Shown one piece after another: positions 1 to 9,179 of a stretch of 32,000 nt of DNA. Origin of the DNA: Candidatus Saccharimonadota bacterium (GTDB lineage: Bacteria; Pseudomonadota; Alphaproteobacteria; CAJXXZ01; 1604HC); the NCBI RefSeq assembly GCF_008189285.1, contig NZ_CP043315.1, positions 595,925 through 627,924 on the forward strand, written 5' to 3'. A program made the position numbers and the translations under genes. A model generated the notes under the pieces. The model was given only the letters and a program-made list of their open reading frames with translations, did no database searches and was not told the DNA's origin. The stretch's first letter is position 1. The number at the start of each line of letters is the position of its first letter.

Positions 1-780
1 TCCCTTGAAAGACGCAAACTTACATAAAGCAGAAGATTTAAGATTTAAGATTTTTTCTTGGGATATTATTCTATCTATTACTTCAAAATCTGGAGATGGA
101 AAATCACAGTAGTTCCATAAATTAATTTTATCCATTAACTTTAAAGTGAAAAGAAAATTATCTGCATGAAGCAATTTTATCATTTCTACAATGCATCTTT
201 CTCTAGCAATGCCAGTCAAATTTGACACATATTTACCGCATGATTCAAGAGATTTTACATCATGCTCTTGTCCATAATGAGCAAGAAAACGAAAAAATCT
301 TAAAATACGCAAATAATCTTCTTGTATTCTTTGGTCTGGATCTCCTATAAATCTTATCATTCCTCTTTTTATATCTTCCAATCCGCTTGTATAATCATAT
401 ATTTTCCCATCAAGGTCTGAATATAATGCATTGATTGTAAGGTCTCTTCTTTTTGCATCCTCTTCCCAAGATTTAGAAAATTCAACTTTTGCATGACGTC
501 CATCTGTTTCAATGTCAACTCTAAGCGTTGTAACTTCAAAAACATCTTTGTCCATTATGCAAGTTACAGTTCCATGCTGCAAACCAGTAGGTATAACTTG
601 AAATCCAGCATCCTTAGCAAGCTTCATTACTTCCTCAGGCAAAAGCGAAGTTGCAAGATCCACTTCATCATTGAATGTTTTTTTCATAATATGATTTCTC
701 ACACAACCGCCAACTGCCATACATGGATTAAGAGTTTTCATAAGTTTGTTTAAATTGTCATTGTTGAGCCATTTAACCAT
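1..780 (-). CDS. cca: CCA-adding tRNA nucleotidyltransferase / poly(A) polymerase family, N-terminal 260 codons (3' end runs off the left edge)
   Basis: My own minus-strand translation from ATG 780..778 stays open to position 1: MVKWLNNDNLNKLMKTLNPCMAVGGCVRNHIM..VDLAT..TLRVDIETDGRHA..DAKRRDLTINALY..RFIGDPDQRIQEDYLRILRFFRF. GGxVR, DLAT, RRDxTINA and EDxLRxLR are the class II nucleotidyltransferase signature. It is absent from the ORF track because it is truncated. The start overlaps the tatD stop by 8 nt. Confidence 0.85.
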   Translation of the reverse strand, partial: MVKWLNNDNLNKLMKTLNPCMAVGGCVRNHIMKKTFNDEVDLATSLLPEEVMKLAKDAGFQVIPTGLQHGTVTCIMDKDVFEVTTLRVDIETDGRHAKVEFSKSWEEDAKRRDLTINALYSDLDGKIYDYTSGLEDIKRGMIRFIGDPDQRIQEDYLRILRFFRFLAHYGQEHDVKSLESCGKYVSNLTGIARERCIVEMIKLLHADNFLFTLKLMDKINLWNYCDFPSPDFEVIDRIISQEKILNLKSSALCKFASFKG

Positions 781-1591
781 CGAAAGACTCGCATTTTACA
801 TTCATTAACTTACAAAAATTATTTCCAGTAATTTGAGCAAATTCTGCCTCATCAATATTTTTAAGTTGCGCAATGTATTTTCCCACATAAGACACAAATG
901 CTGGCTCATTAGATTTTCCACGATGAGGTGCTGGAGCCAAATATGGAGCGTCAGTTTCAATTAATATTCTGTCTAAAGGAACAAATTGCGCTATTTCACG
1001 AACTTGATTTGCATTTTTGAATGTTATTATTCCTGAAAAAGAAATCATCCAACCTAAATCCAGAACTTTCTTGGCAAATTCCATAGATCCAGTATAGCAA
1101 TGAGCAATCCCTTTAATTCCATCGTACTTTTTAATCATTGCAATTGCATCATCTTCAGCATCTCTCATATGTAAAACCAATGGTAATTTGTGCTTATGCG
1201 CATAGGCAAGCTGAATATCAAACCCTGCAAATTGCTTCTTTAAATTACTTCCTTTAAATCCATCTAATCCACATTCTCCAATTGAAACAACATTCTTCCT
1301 TCCTATCCATTCTGAAAGATAGCTCTCTATTTCTTGTATATCTTCAATTCTTTCATCAAGAGGATGCACGCCAACTGCAAACCATAAATTATCACGCAAA
1401 TAACTGTAAGTTTTATCCAAAGTTCCTATAGTTGTGCTTATGCTCATTGCACCTACAACTTGGTGTGTTTTCATATTCTGAAATACTTTTTCTATATCAT
1501 TTGACATAGGCTCATAATCTAAATGACAATGGCTATCTATCCATTTTATTGGATCAATTGTTTTATTAACAAAATTCATTGAACAAATCAT
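773..1591 (-). CDS. tatD: TatD-family metal-dependent hydrolase/DNase
   Basis: Motifs WIDSHCHLD, GVHP, GECGLD, LHMRDA, HCYTG, SFSG and ETDAPYLAP. The track start at 1639 is a TTG. The first ATG (MICSMNF..) is at 1591 and the next at 1579, so the start is uncertain. Confidence 0.85.
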   Translation of the reverse strand: MICSMNFVNKTIDPIKWIDSHCHLDYEPMSNDIEKVFQNMKTHQVVGAMSISTTIGTLDKTYSYLRDNLWFAVGVHPLDERIEDIQEIESYLSEWIGRKNVVSIGECGLDGFKGSNLKKQFAGFDIQLAYAHKHKLPLVLHMRDAEDDAIAMIKKYDGIKGIAHCYTGSMEFAKKVLDLGWMISFSGIITFKNANQVREIAQFVPLDRILIETDAPYLAPAPHRGKSNEPAFVSYVGKYIAQLKNIDEAEFAQITGNNFCKLMNVKCESFDG

Positions 1592-1656
1592 ATCTTTATC
1601 ATTAAATTCAAGCAACGCTTGTGTTTGACTTGCATACAAGTGTAGAATTGTTTTAA

Positions 1657-1728
1657 GGCCGAGTGGCAGAATGGCTTATGCAGAGGATTGCAAATCCTTT
1701 TATGTCGGTTCGATTCCGGTCTCGGCCT
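1657..1728 (+). tRNA. tRNA-Cys (anticodon GCA)
   Basis: Acceptor stem GGCCGAG/CTCGGCC. Anticodon arm GAGGA-TTGCAAA-TCCTT gives GCA. T-arm has GTTCGATTC. Discriminator is U (1728), the known Cys identity base. No CCA is encoded (followed by TT). Confidence 0.9.
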
Positions 1729-1779
1729 TTTCAAACACCTTATAGACTATCCATATCATGATGTATAAAATAAAGATGA

Positions 1780-2454
1780 ATGAAAAGAATATATGCATGT
1801 TCAATAATTGTTAATATGATTTTAGGATTAGCTACATTTAAAGCTTATGTAAAATATTATAATTTGAAATGTCAGTCAGTAAATTATAGAACATCATCCA
1901 GACAAATAAAGCATAATCAAATGTGTGTTTTGCAATCTCAGCCAGAGTGGTATCATTTTGGACCAATTAGCGCAAAAGCTATGTATACATGGTTTTATAA
2001 CGAAGATATTAAATGTAAAATTACTGGAAAGATTGAAAATAATGAATATATTACATACAATATTTCTCTAAAATCTAGCAATCACAAAAACATGGCGAAT
2101 GCTATTGAAAATGTTCCGTTTGGAAACTTTCTTGTTTATACAATTATTCACGAAGGTGATTACATTACATCAAATGGGTCCATTACATTTAGCAAGCTAA
2201 TAAGGGATCAAAATTTTAAGGAAAGAAATGACATTGACCTTAAATTGAATGCAATTATTAAAAGCAATGAAACATGGCAAATTCGCTTGAATGAAGATTG
2301 GATTAATAGCAATCAAAAAAATCCATGGGATATTGATATAGTTGATGTTCAACATGACCGTATTAAAGTTCAATGGAAAATACTAGGGAAAATTAATAAA
2401 GAAACAATAAAGTTGAATCAAAAAATTGAATTAAGATATGAATACGATGCATGA
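1780..2454 (+). CDS. hypothetical protein with N-terminal hydrophobic signal/anchor (MKRIYACSIIVNMILGLATF)
   Basis: 224-aa ORF with an ATG start. Its TGA stop overlaps the priA ATG (ATGA at 2451-2454). I recognise no family. Confidence 0.55.
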   Translation: MKRIYACSIIVNMILGLATFKAYVKYYNLKCQSVNYRTSSRQIKHNQMCVLQSQPEWYHFGPISAKAMYTWFYNEDIKCKITGKIENNEYITYNISLKSSNHKNMANAIENVPFGNFLVYTIIHEGDYITSNGSITFSKLIRDQNFKERNDIDLKLNAIIKSNETWQIRLNEDWINSNQKNPWDIDIVDVQHDRIKVQWKILGKINKETIKLNQKIELRYEYDA

Positions 2455-4457
2455 CATATAAATACAGCATATTGCTTCCTGAATCATGGACAAAAGATAA
2501 CTTTTATACATATACCTCAGAACAATCCATAGAAAATGGGTCATTTGTTGTGGTTCCTGTAAAAACAAAAAAAGCTACAGGGATTGTTATGGGCACAGAT
2601 TCAGAAAATAACTTTGATGGATTGAGGGAAATTACAGAAATTCTTTCGTATAAATTAAATGAACAGGTGATAAATTGGATTATTGTATCAAGCAAATATA
2701 CATTAATTCCAATGAACCAAATATTGAAAATGATTCTCGTGTCTAATAAAAATACCAAACCTGGATATCTCGAAATTCAATCAGAGGTTAATGATTTAAA
2801 GCCAGGTAAATACCCTATCGAAATGCTTAAAATGCATTGGAATAAAGTTAGAGCAATGATGAAAGAGGGAGTTATCACAGAAACAGAGTTTCCTTCTTCT
2901 GATATTCCTATGGAGCAAGATTTTTTCTCTCCAGATCAAACAAAAGCTATTAATAGCATTCAAGCAATTACCTCAGGCACTGTTCTTTTAAAAGGGTCCA
3001 CTGGATCTGGGAAAACAAATGTATATTTTGAAATATTGCATAAAATATGGCAACAAGGGAAGCAAATACTTATCCTAGTTCCTGAAATATCATTAACATA
3101 TCAGCTAATTGAAAGATTTCATGAAAGATTTAAAGTTTATCCATATAGATGGCATAATTCATGCAAACAACCAGTTTGGAATTGGGCTGTAAGTGGAAAA
3201 CCAGGAGTTGTTATTGGAGTAAGATCAGCTCTATGGATTCCATTCTCAAATCTAGGCTTAATTATTGTAGACGAAGAGCATTCAACAACATACAAGCAGG
3301 AAAATGGCCCTCGTTACAATGCAAAAGACATAGCTATACTTAGAGCAAAATCAGAAAATATTCCAATAATTCTTGTTTCTGCTACACCTTCTCTTGAAAC
3401 AGTAAAAAATATCAGAGATAAAAATTATAAATGTGTAGAACTTGAACGAACAATACCAAATAAATTAAATATAAAATTAGTAAAAACAAATAAATGGATG
3501 TCTGATGATCTAAAAAAGCATATTCAAGAAACTTTGGAAAGAAAAGAGCAAGTAATGTTATTTCTAAATAGAAAAGGGTTCTCAACACATATACATTGCA
3601 CTACATGCAATAATAGACTGTTATGCAAATCATGCACTGCTGGATTAATATTCTACAAAAATAATTACACCCATTGCAGCTACTGCTCTCAAAAACAACT
3701 AATGCCTAAGGTATGCCCAGAATGTCAGTCAGAAGATTCATGGAAATTCTATGGAATGGGAATAGAGAAGATACAAGATCAATTATGCGAAATATTTCCA
3801 GATCATAAAATCTCGCTATTGAGCAGTGACACTACAGAAATAATTGATGAAACAATGCATAAAATGCAAAATAATGAAATTGACATATTGATAGGAACTC
3901 AAATTCTAGCTCAAGGATGCCACTTTCCTAATTTAACATTAGTTGGAATCGTGCAAGGAGATATTGGTGCGCATTCTGGAGATATTAGAAATACAGAAAG
4001 AATGTATCAATTGATTTCTCAAGTCAAAGGAAGATGCGGAAGAGCAGATAAGCCAGGAACAGTAATTATACAGAGCGCAGATGACAAGCATCCGCTTTTA
4101 CAAGCAATTGCTCAGGAAAATACTAAAGAGTGGCTAGATCAAGAGCTGTCTATAAGACAAAATCATAATTTGCCTCCATTTTCTAGAATGATAAGAATTA
4201 TTATTGGGTCTAAATCAGCTGCTTTGACAGAAAAAATAGTCATGAATATAAAAAAACCTACAATTCTAGGAGTAGAAATTATGGGGCCAGCGCCAACTCA
4301 ATTACATAAATACAACAATGATTATCGATGGTCATTTCTAATTCAGTATAGCAAAAACATATTTCCTCAAGCAAAAATCAAGCAATGGATAGATGGGTTT
4401 CGACTGCCAAAAAATGTAAGATTAACAATTGATGTTGATCCACAAAGCTTCTTTTAA
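2451..4457 (+). CDS. priA: primosomal protein N' (replication restart helicase PriA)
   Basis: Walker A GSTGSGKT, DExH box IIVDEEH, a Cys-rich zinc insertion (CTTCNNRLLCKSC..CSYCS..CPECQS), GTQILAQGCHFPNLTLVG and RCGRADKPG. Confidence 0.9.
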   Translation: MTYKYSILLPESWTKDNFYTYTSEQSIENGSFVVVPVKTKKATGIVMGTDSENNFDGLREITEILSYKLNEQVINWIIVSSKYTLIPMNQILKMILVSNKNTKPGYLEIQSEVNDLKPGKYPIEMLKMHWNKVRAMMKEGVITETEFPSSDIPMEQDFFSPDQTKAINSIQAITSGTVLLKGSTGSGKTNVYFEILHKIWQQGKQILILVPEISLTYQLIERFHERFKVYPYRWHNSCKQPVWNWAVSGKPGVVIGVRSALWIPFSNLGLIIVDEEHSTTYKQENGPRYNAKDIAILRAKSENIPIILVSATPSLETVKNIRDKNYKCVELERTIPNKLNIKLVKTNKWMSDDLKKHIQETLERKEQVMLFLNRKGFSTHIHCTTCNNRLLCKSCTAGLIFYKNNYTHCSYCSQKQLMPKVCPECQSEDSWKFYGMGIEKIQDQLCEIFPDHKISLLSSDTTEIIDETMHKMQNNEIDILIGTQILAQGCHFPNLTLVGIVQGDIGAHSGDIRNTERMYQLISQVKGRCGRADKPGTVIIQSADDKHPLLQAIAQENTKEWLDQELSIRQNHNLPPFSRMIRIIIGSKSAALTEKIVMNIKKPTILGVEIMGPAPTQLHKYNNDYRWSFLIQYSKNIFPQAKIKQWIDGFRLPKNVRLTIDVDPQSFF

Positions 4458-4520
4458 TCAAGCAGAATAAAAAGCTCTTTTAGAGAAACAAAGCTCTTTA
4501 AATCTTTTTTAAGAATGCAT

Positions 4521-4629
4521 AAAGCTTCTTCTAATTGCATAAAACTTCGAGGAATATATAAAACTTCTTCTAATTGCATGAAACTTCGAGGAATATATAA
4601 AGCTTCTTCTAATTGCATGAAACTTCGAG
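4521..4629. repeat. 39-bp tandem repeat, 2.8 copies (4521-4559, 4560-4598, 4599-4629 truncated)
   Basis: Unit is AAAGCTTCTTCTAATTGCAT[A/G]AAACTTCGAGGAATATAT, with only two variable positions among the copies. The array is bracketed by a 12-bp direct repeat ATGCATAAAGCT (4515-4526 and 4641-4652). Confidence 0.95.
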
Positions 4630-4767
4630 ATTTTTTAGACATGCATAAAGCTTTAAAACTTCTTTTGGCCTCTTTAATCCAATTCATTAATTTAACCCAA
4701 TAACAAATTTATTAAAAACTTATTTTGTAATTTTTTTGCAAAAAATTATACTATTATTTTGTTAAAT

Positions 4768-5130
4768 CTAAATCATTCTTTTGTTAGAGCTGAATTTCAA
4801 TGAAAAAACACTATTTTCAAATTTAACATCTCCAGATATCCACATAACTACAACAAAATTCTTATCATCAAATTTTCCTGCACTAACTTTTGGATTAATT
4901 AATCTTGGCTCATACTCCATAATATCTCTCTCAATTTGAGAAGAAAGGGAGCTCAACTTATATGAATCATATGGATTGTTTGGCACATCAATCCTAATGT
5001 TAGAAGAAGAAATAGATTGCTTATCAACTATGCATTCTATTTCGTGAAAAATAGAATCGTATAATTCTTGAATAGATTCATATCTTTCTACTGGATTAAT
5101 TTGTATTCTTTCAAATAAAGCTGGTTTCAT
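4768..5130 (-). CDS. IraD/gp25/TssE-like (GPW_gp25 family) small protein, orphan
   Basis: 120 aa. The C-terminal half, SSQIERDIMEYEPRLINPKVSAGK..FVVVMWISGDV, matches the I-x-x-x-I-x-x-[YFW]-EPR-[IL]...V core as I recall it from T4 gp25 (VERNIESAVRNYEPRIDKLAVNV), P2 gpW and TssE. The N-terminus (LFERI) resembles TssE. No HMM search was run. Confidence 0.55.
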   Translation of the reverse strand: MKPALFERIQINPVERYESIQELYDSIFHEIECIVDKQSISSSNIRIDVPNNPYDSYKLSSLSSQIERDIMEYEPRLINPKVSAGKFDDKNFVVVMWISGDVKFENSVFSLKFSSNKRMI

Positions 5131-5255
5131 ATATAAGCATTTACTATATAAAAACTAAATAAATATAAATATTTTACTTATAGCTTAAATATAAGCGATA
5201 TTAAACGTTTTATTGCCTTCATAATGCTTTTTATCAATAAACCTCTTAACATTTC

Positions 5256-6308
5256 TTAACCTTCTTTTTTGTCTTTCTCTTCACTTGGTTCTTCTTGATT
5301 TTTAGTTGGATTTATCATTCCATGTAATTTTCTCTCAATTTCATCGCATACTTCGGAATTCTCATAAAGATATTCTTTAACCGCTTCTCTTCCTTGTCCA
5401 ACTTTTGTGTCTCCAATTGAATACCAAGAACCAGATTTTGTAATTAAATCATACTTCACACCTAAATCAACAATCTCTCCTAATTTAGAAACTCCTTCTC
5501 CGAAAAGTATTTCAAATTCTGCTATTTTAAGAGGAGGCGCCATCTTGTTTTTTACAACTTTAACTCTAGTTTGATGACCATAAACGCTATCATTTTTCTT
5601 TAGTGCAGCAATTTTTCTTATATCTAATCTAATTGAAGCATAGAATTTCAAAGCATTTCCACCAGTAGTTGTTTCTGGACTTCCAAACATAACACCTATT
5701 TTGTGTCTAATTTGATTAATAAATATCACAATGCATCCTGATTTTTTAACAACTCCAGTTAGCTTTCTCAATGCCTGACTCATCAATCTTGCATGAAGTC
5801 CCATATGGCTATCTCCCATATCTCCTTCTAGCTCTGCCTTAGGAACTAAAGCAGCAACACTATCTAAAACAATAACTTTCATAGATTGAGATCTTACAAA
5901 AGTATCTATAATTTCTAACGCTTGCTCACCAGTATCTGGTTGAGAAAGAATAAATTTATCACCACTAAGGTTAACGCCTAATTTCTTAGCATATTCTGGA
6001 TCCATCGCATGCTCTGTATCTACGAAAAGACATGTTCCATCTTTCTTTTGGGCCTCAGCAATTACTTGCAAAGCCAAAGTTGTTTTTCCAGAACTTTCAG
6101 GTCCGTATATTTCTATAACTCTACCTGTTGGAAAACCTCCAATTCCAAGAGCCAAATCAACTCCTAGAGACCCTGTCGAAATTACTTCCAAATCTAAGTC
6201 TCTTTTCTCATCCAGTTTCATTACAGACCCTTGTCCATGAGCTTTTTCAATGCTTTTAATGGCAGCTTCTAATGCTATTTGCTTTTCAGTTTTATTCATT
6301 GTTTTCAT
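5256..6308 (-). CDS. recA: recombinase RecA
   Basis: [12 protein letters not shown] Walker [43 protein letters not shown]. The track start at 6335 is a TTG. ATG candidates are 6308 ([10 protein letters not shown]) and 6299. Confidence 0.93.
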   Translation of the reverse strand: MKTMNKTEKQIALEAAIKSIEKAHGQGSVMKLDEKRDLDLEVISTGSLGVDLALGIGGFPTGRVIEIYGPESSGKTTLALQVIAEAQKKDGTCLFVDTEHAMDPEYAKKLGVNLSGDKFILSQPDTGEQALEIIDTFVRSQSMKVIVLDSVAALVPKAELEGDMGDSHMGLHARLMSQALRKLTGVVKKSGCIVIFINQIRHKIGVMFGSPETTTGGNALKFYASIRLDIRKIAALKKNDSVYGHQTRVKVVKNKMAPPLKIAEFEILFGEGVSKLGEIVDLGVKYDLITKSGSWYSIGDTKVGQGREAVKEYLYENSEVCDEIERKLHGMINPTKNQEEPSEEKDKKEG

Positions 6309-6456
6309 TTTAACTTTTTTAGAACAAACAAACAATTAGGAATAAGAAAAATATGACGATTTATTCATTAATATATTTCTTCGCATAAACTAAAATGAAT
6401 CGCATAAATTAAATAGAAGTAAACGCATCAATTAATAATGAAATAGTGATAAATTA

Positions 6457-7260
6457 TCAATTTTTTAGCTCTTTATAATCTTTGTAAAATTTATCAAATA
6501 GAGATTTAACATCACTTCCTTTTAAATCATTATGCATAACTTCTCCTACAAATGAGCAAATGTATTTTTGATCTGGAAATCTTTTTATAAATGCAATTGC
6601 AGAATGCTTTGCCTCACTTAGCTGATGATTCTTAATATTCATAACTCTATTAAATCCTTCATTGTAATTTCTAGACTGAGAACTTGTACATGTTAGTATG
6701 AGATCTCCAATACACGCCTGATTATATATCATATTACTTTCTAAATTTAACTTATTAAATATTTCATTTATTTCTTCTATTACAAGTGAAAACATAGATG
6801 CTGAAAAATTCTTACCTAACTTTAATCCGTCAATTATTCCAAAGAAGCATGCATATATATTTTTCAATGCCCCCAATAACTGTATTTCAATTTTATGATG
6901 AGAAAACTTCACATTCATATTTTTCCATTTCATTACTTCTGGAATCTCTGAATCTGCACCAAGAACAGAACAGGTCTCTAAATTTTGAACTAATTCTGAT
7001 GCAAAATGAGGCCCTGCAAAAACTGCCCACTTTAACCCTATTTTATCTGCCCATTCTCCAATTAATTTTCCATTTTCTAAAAAACCCTTAGATACAAATA
7101 TTATAGTTTTTTCTTTTTCATCCAAAACATCAGGCACTGCGTAAGAAGGAACAGCTGGAATTACAAATTCATAATCTATATCTGAAATGACAAAACCTGA
7201 ATTCTTTATCACATGCCTTAGCGCTGTTCCAAAAGATCCGCTTCCAATAATTTTAAACAT
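6457..7260 (-). CDS. gpsA: NAD(P)H-dependent glycerol-3-phosphate dehydrogenase, shortened form
   Basis: IIGSGSFGTAL dinucleotide loop, VSKG, AGPHFASEL, GALKNIYACFFGIIDGLKLGKN, GDLILTCTSSQSRNYNEG. It is 267 aa against roughly 330 aa in typical GpsA, and appears to lack part of the N-terminal domain. Confidence 0.8.
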   Translation of the reverse strand: MFKIIGSGSFGTALRHVIKNSGFVISDIDYEFVIPAVPSYAVPDVLDEKEKTIIFVSKGFLENGKLIGEWADKIGLKWAVFAGPHFASELVQNLETCSVLGADSEIPEVMKWKNMNVKFSHHKIEIQLLGALKNIYACFFGIIDGLKLGKNFSASMFSLVIEEINEIFNKLNLESNMIYNQACIGDLILTCTSSQSRNYNEGFNRVMNIKNHQLSEAKHSAIAFIKRFPDQKYICSFVGEVMHNDLKGSDVKSLFDKFYKDYKELKN

Positions 7261-7475
7261 ACCAAAATTTTATATTAATGATCATTAATTATGTAGGGCA
7301 GAGTATTTTGCTATCACATTTCATATTTAATTTTTTCTTTACGATCTATTGTATAAACCCACATCTCCTTACTTAATTCACTTTTCTCTTTCATAAAAAT
7401 AAAGCTTAATTTTCTATTTTATAGAAAACAATGCTTGGATTTAGTAAAATTTTGACAAAAATCTCGCATCTTAAC

Positions 7476-9125
7476 TTATTGCATTTCTTGAACTTTTTCT
7501 GATAATTGAGTGATGGTAAATGGCTTTGGAAGAAATTCATCATAATCGAGGAATTGTGCTTTTACTGTATCTTCATCATATCCAGAAATAACAAGTATTT
7601 TAAGATGTGGAAATAACTTCTTAGCCTCCATAGAAAGTCTTCCTCCATGCAATTCAGGCAAAGAAGCATCTGTAATCATTAAATCAAATTCATCATCTTC
7701 ATTTGCTTGTTTTTTTAACTTTTCTAAAGCTATTGCTCCGTTATGAGCTTCAGTTATTTTGTGCCCTTTTTTCTTTAAAGCATGGCATATAATTTTTCTT
7801 ATCCCGGCTTCGTCTTCTACAATTAATATTTTTTTGCTCTCAGTTACCACTTTCTCGCTTTTTTTAGTTTCTTGTTTTTTGATTCTTACTACAGGAAGAA
7901 ATATAGAAATTGAAGTTCCATCTTTATTGCTTTGTATGTCTATTTTTCCATTAACATTTTTAACAATTTTAGCTATATTTGACAGCCCAAGCCCAGTTCC
8001 ATTTTCTTTTGTGGAAAAAAATGGATCAAAAACCTTCCTTTGATATTCTTTTGGTATTCCGCATCCATTGTCTGATACAGAAACTACCACATAATTATCT
8101 CCGTCCAACCTATCTTCTCTTAGGCTTATCTTTATATTCCCTGTATCTTTCATTGCATCTTTACTGTTTATGATCATATTTATAATGATTCTCTCTAAAC
8201 TACTGCTAGACATTTGAATATTATGATTTGTTTCACGTAAATCAAATTCAGTTTGAATATTCTCATCAACCAACTTGCTAGCTATCCTGCTTAGATCAGA
8301 CATTACATTATAAGGATTGCAATTTTCTATATTATTATTAGACACAAACTTAACTAATTGTTTTGATAAATCTTGAGCATTTTGTATATGACGCATAATC
8401 TCTTCAACTTCTTCATGTATTTCTGTATTTTTTGTTTTCTCAATCAAAATTTCACAAAATCCACTAGTTGCTGTAAACATATTATTAAAATCATGACTTA
8501 TTCCTGCAATTAATTGGCCAAGCGATTGTAAATGTTGAGCATTTATCATTTTGTATTTAATTTCATTAATCTCGCTTTTGTCTGTAAAAGACATGATCCA
8601 CGTAGAGCAATTAGTAGGTTTATATTTGACCAATACAGTTTTATCATTATCTAAATTCACTTCGCTAGACATTTCAACTGCCTTTAAAATATTTGGATTA
8701 AAATTAAATAAATTGGATAAATTTTGTTTTTCTACAGCTGTATTGAAATATTTTTGCAACTCTGCATTAAAATGAACTATATTTCCATCATTATCTATCA
8801 CAGCCAATGGAGATGGTATGTCAGCCAAGAAGTTGTCATTTGTATATGGGAAAAATACCACATGATATTCTTTTTTGGAAATTTGCAAATAATTCAATTC
8901 CCATTTATTGTTAAATTTTTCAGTAATAATTTTATCATGATCATGAGAAATCTCTACTATATTAGAGAATGTCTCATTAATTTCTCCATCAAATATAATT
9001 TTAAACTCTCTATTAAAATCTAATAGTTTCCCTTTTTTGGATACAATTGCACAAGGATAAGTAAAGCAATTGTGATATCTATTTCTATTTGCAAAGCAAA
9101 ACCAATTTATCATATTTTTTATCAT
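7476..9125 (-). CDS. hybrid sensor histidine kinase (PAS-like N-terminus, HisKA, HATPase, C-terminal receiver), CckA-like
   Basis: H-box LGQLIAGISHDFNNMFTA, N-box IINMIINSKDAM, G-boxes DNGCGIP and GTGLGLS. Receiver domain has ILIVEDE, DLMITD, ISGY and LPKPF. No N-terminal hydrophobic segment. Confidence 0.85.
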   Translation of the reverse strand: MIKNMINWFCFANRNRYHNCFTYPCAIVSKKGKLLDFNREFKIIFDGEINETFSNIVEISHDHDKIITEKFNNKWELNYLQISKKEYHVVFFPYTNDNFLADIPSPLAVIDNDGNIVHFNAELQKYFNTAVEKQNLSNLFNFNPNILKAVEMSSEVNLDNDKTVLVKYKPTNCSTWIMSFTDKSEINEIKYKMINAQHLQSLGQLIAGISHDFNNMFTATSGFCEILIEKTKNTEIHEEVEEIMRHIQNAQDLSKQLVKFVSNNNIENCNPYNVMSDLSRIASKLVDENIQTEFDLRETNHNIQMSSSSLERIIINMIINSKDAMKDTGNIKISLREDRLDGDNYVVVSVSDNGCGIPKEYQRKVFDPFFSTKENGTGLGLSNIAKIVKNVNGKIDIQSNKDGTSISIFLPVVRIKKQETKKSEKVVTESKKILIVEDEAGIRKIICHALKKKGHKITEAHNGAIALEKLKKQANEDDEFDLMITDASLPELHGGRLSMEAKKLFPHLKILVISGYDEDTVKAQFLDYDEFLPKPFTITQLSEKVQEMQ

Positions 9126-9179
9126 TCCTAATTATTTTTTAATATAACAGATTTTATGGAAAATTGTATTAATAACTTG

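Noticed and set aside
493-753. 86-aa plus-strand ORF from the track
   Set aside because: It lies entirely antisense within the well-supported cca reading frame and has low-complexity, motif-free sequence. It is a typical AT-rich shadow ORF.
4521-4629. Possible CRISPR array
   Set aside because: The copies are directly adjacent with no unique spacers, and there are no cas genes. It is a plain tandem repeat.
4515-4703. 62-aa plus-strand ORF through the 39-bp repeat
   Set aside because: It is kept open only by the repeat periodicity, and both inter-copy differences are nonsynonymous in this frame. It would run head-on into the gp25-like gene. The minus-frame ORF is slightly more plausible but also unproven.
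4768-5130. Evidence for a type VI secretion system, eCIS or prophage in the window
   Set aside because: Only a single gp25-fold gene is present. No sheath, tube, spike, ATPase, integrase or other phage gene is recognisable in the 32 kb.
7274-7289. Perfect 16-bp palindrome ATTAATGATCATTAAT 14 bp upstream of gpsA as an operator
   Set aside because: By my rough estimate, about one such AT-rich 16-bp palindrome is expected by chance in 32 kb of this composition. I found no second copy or partner regulator.
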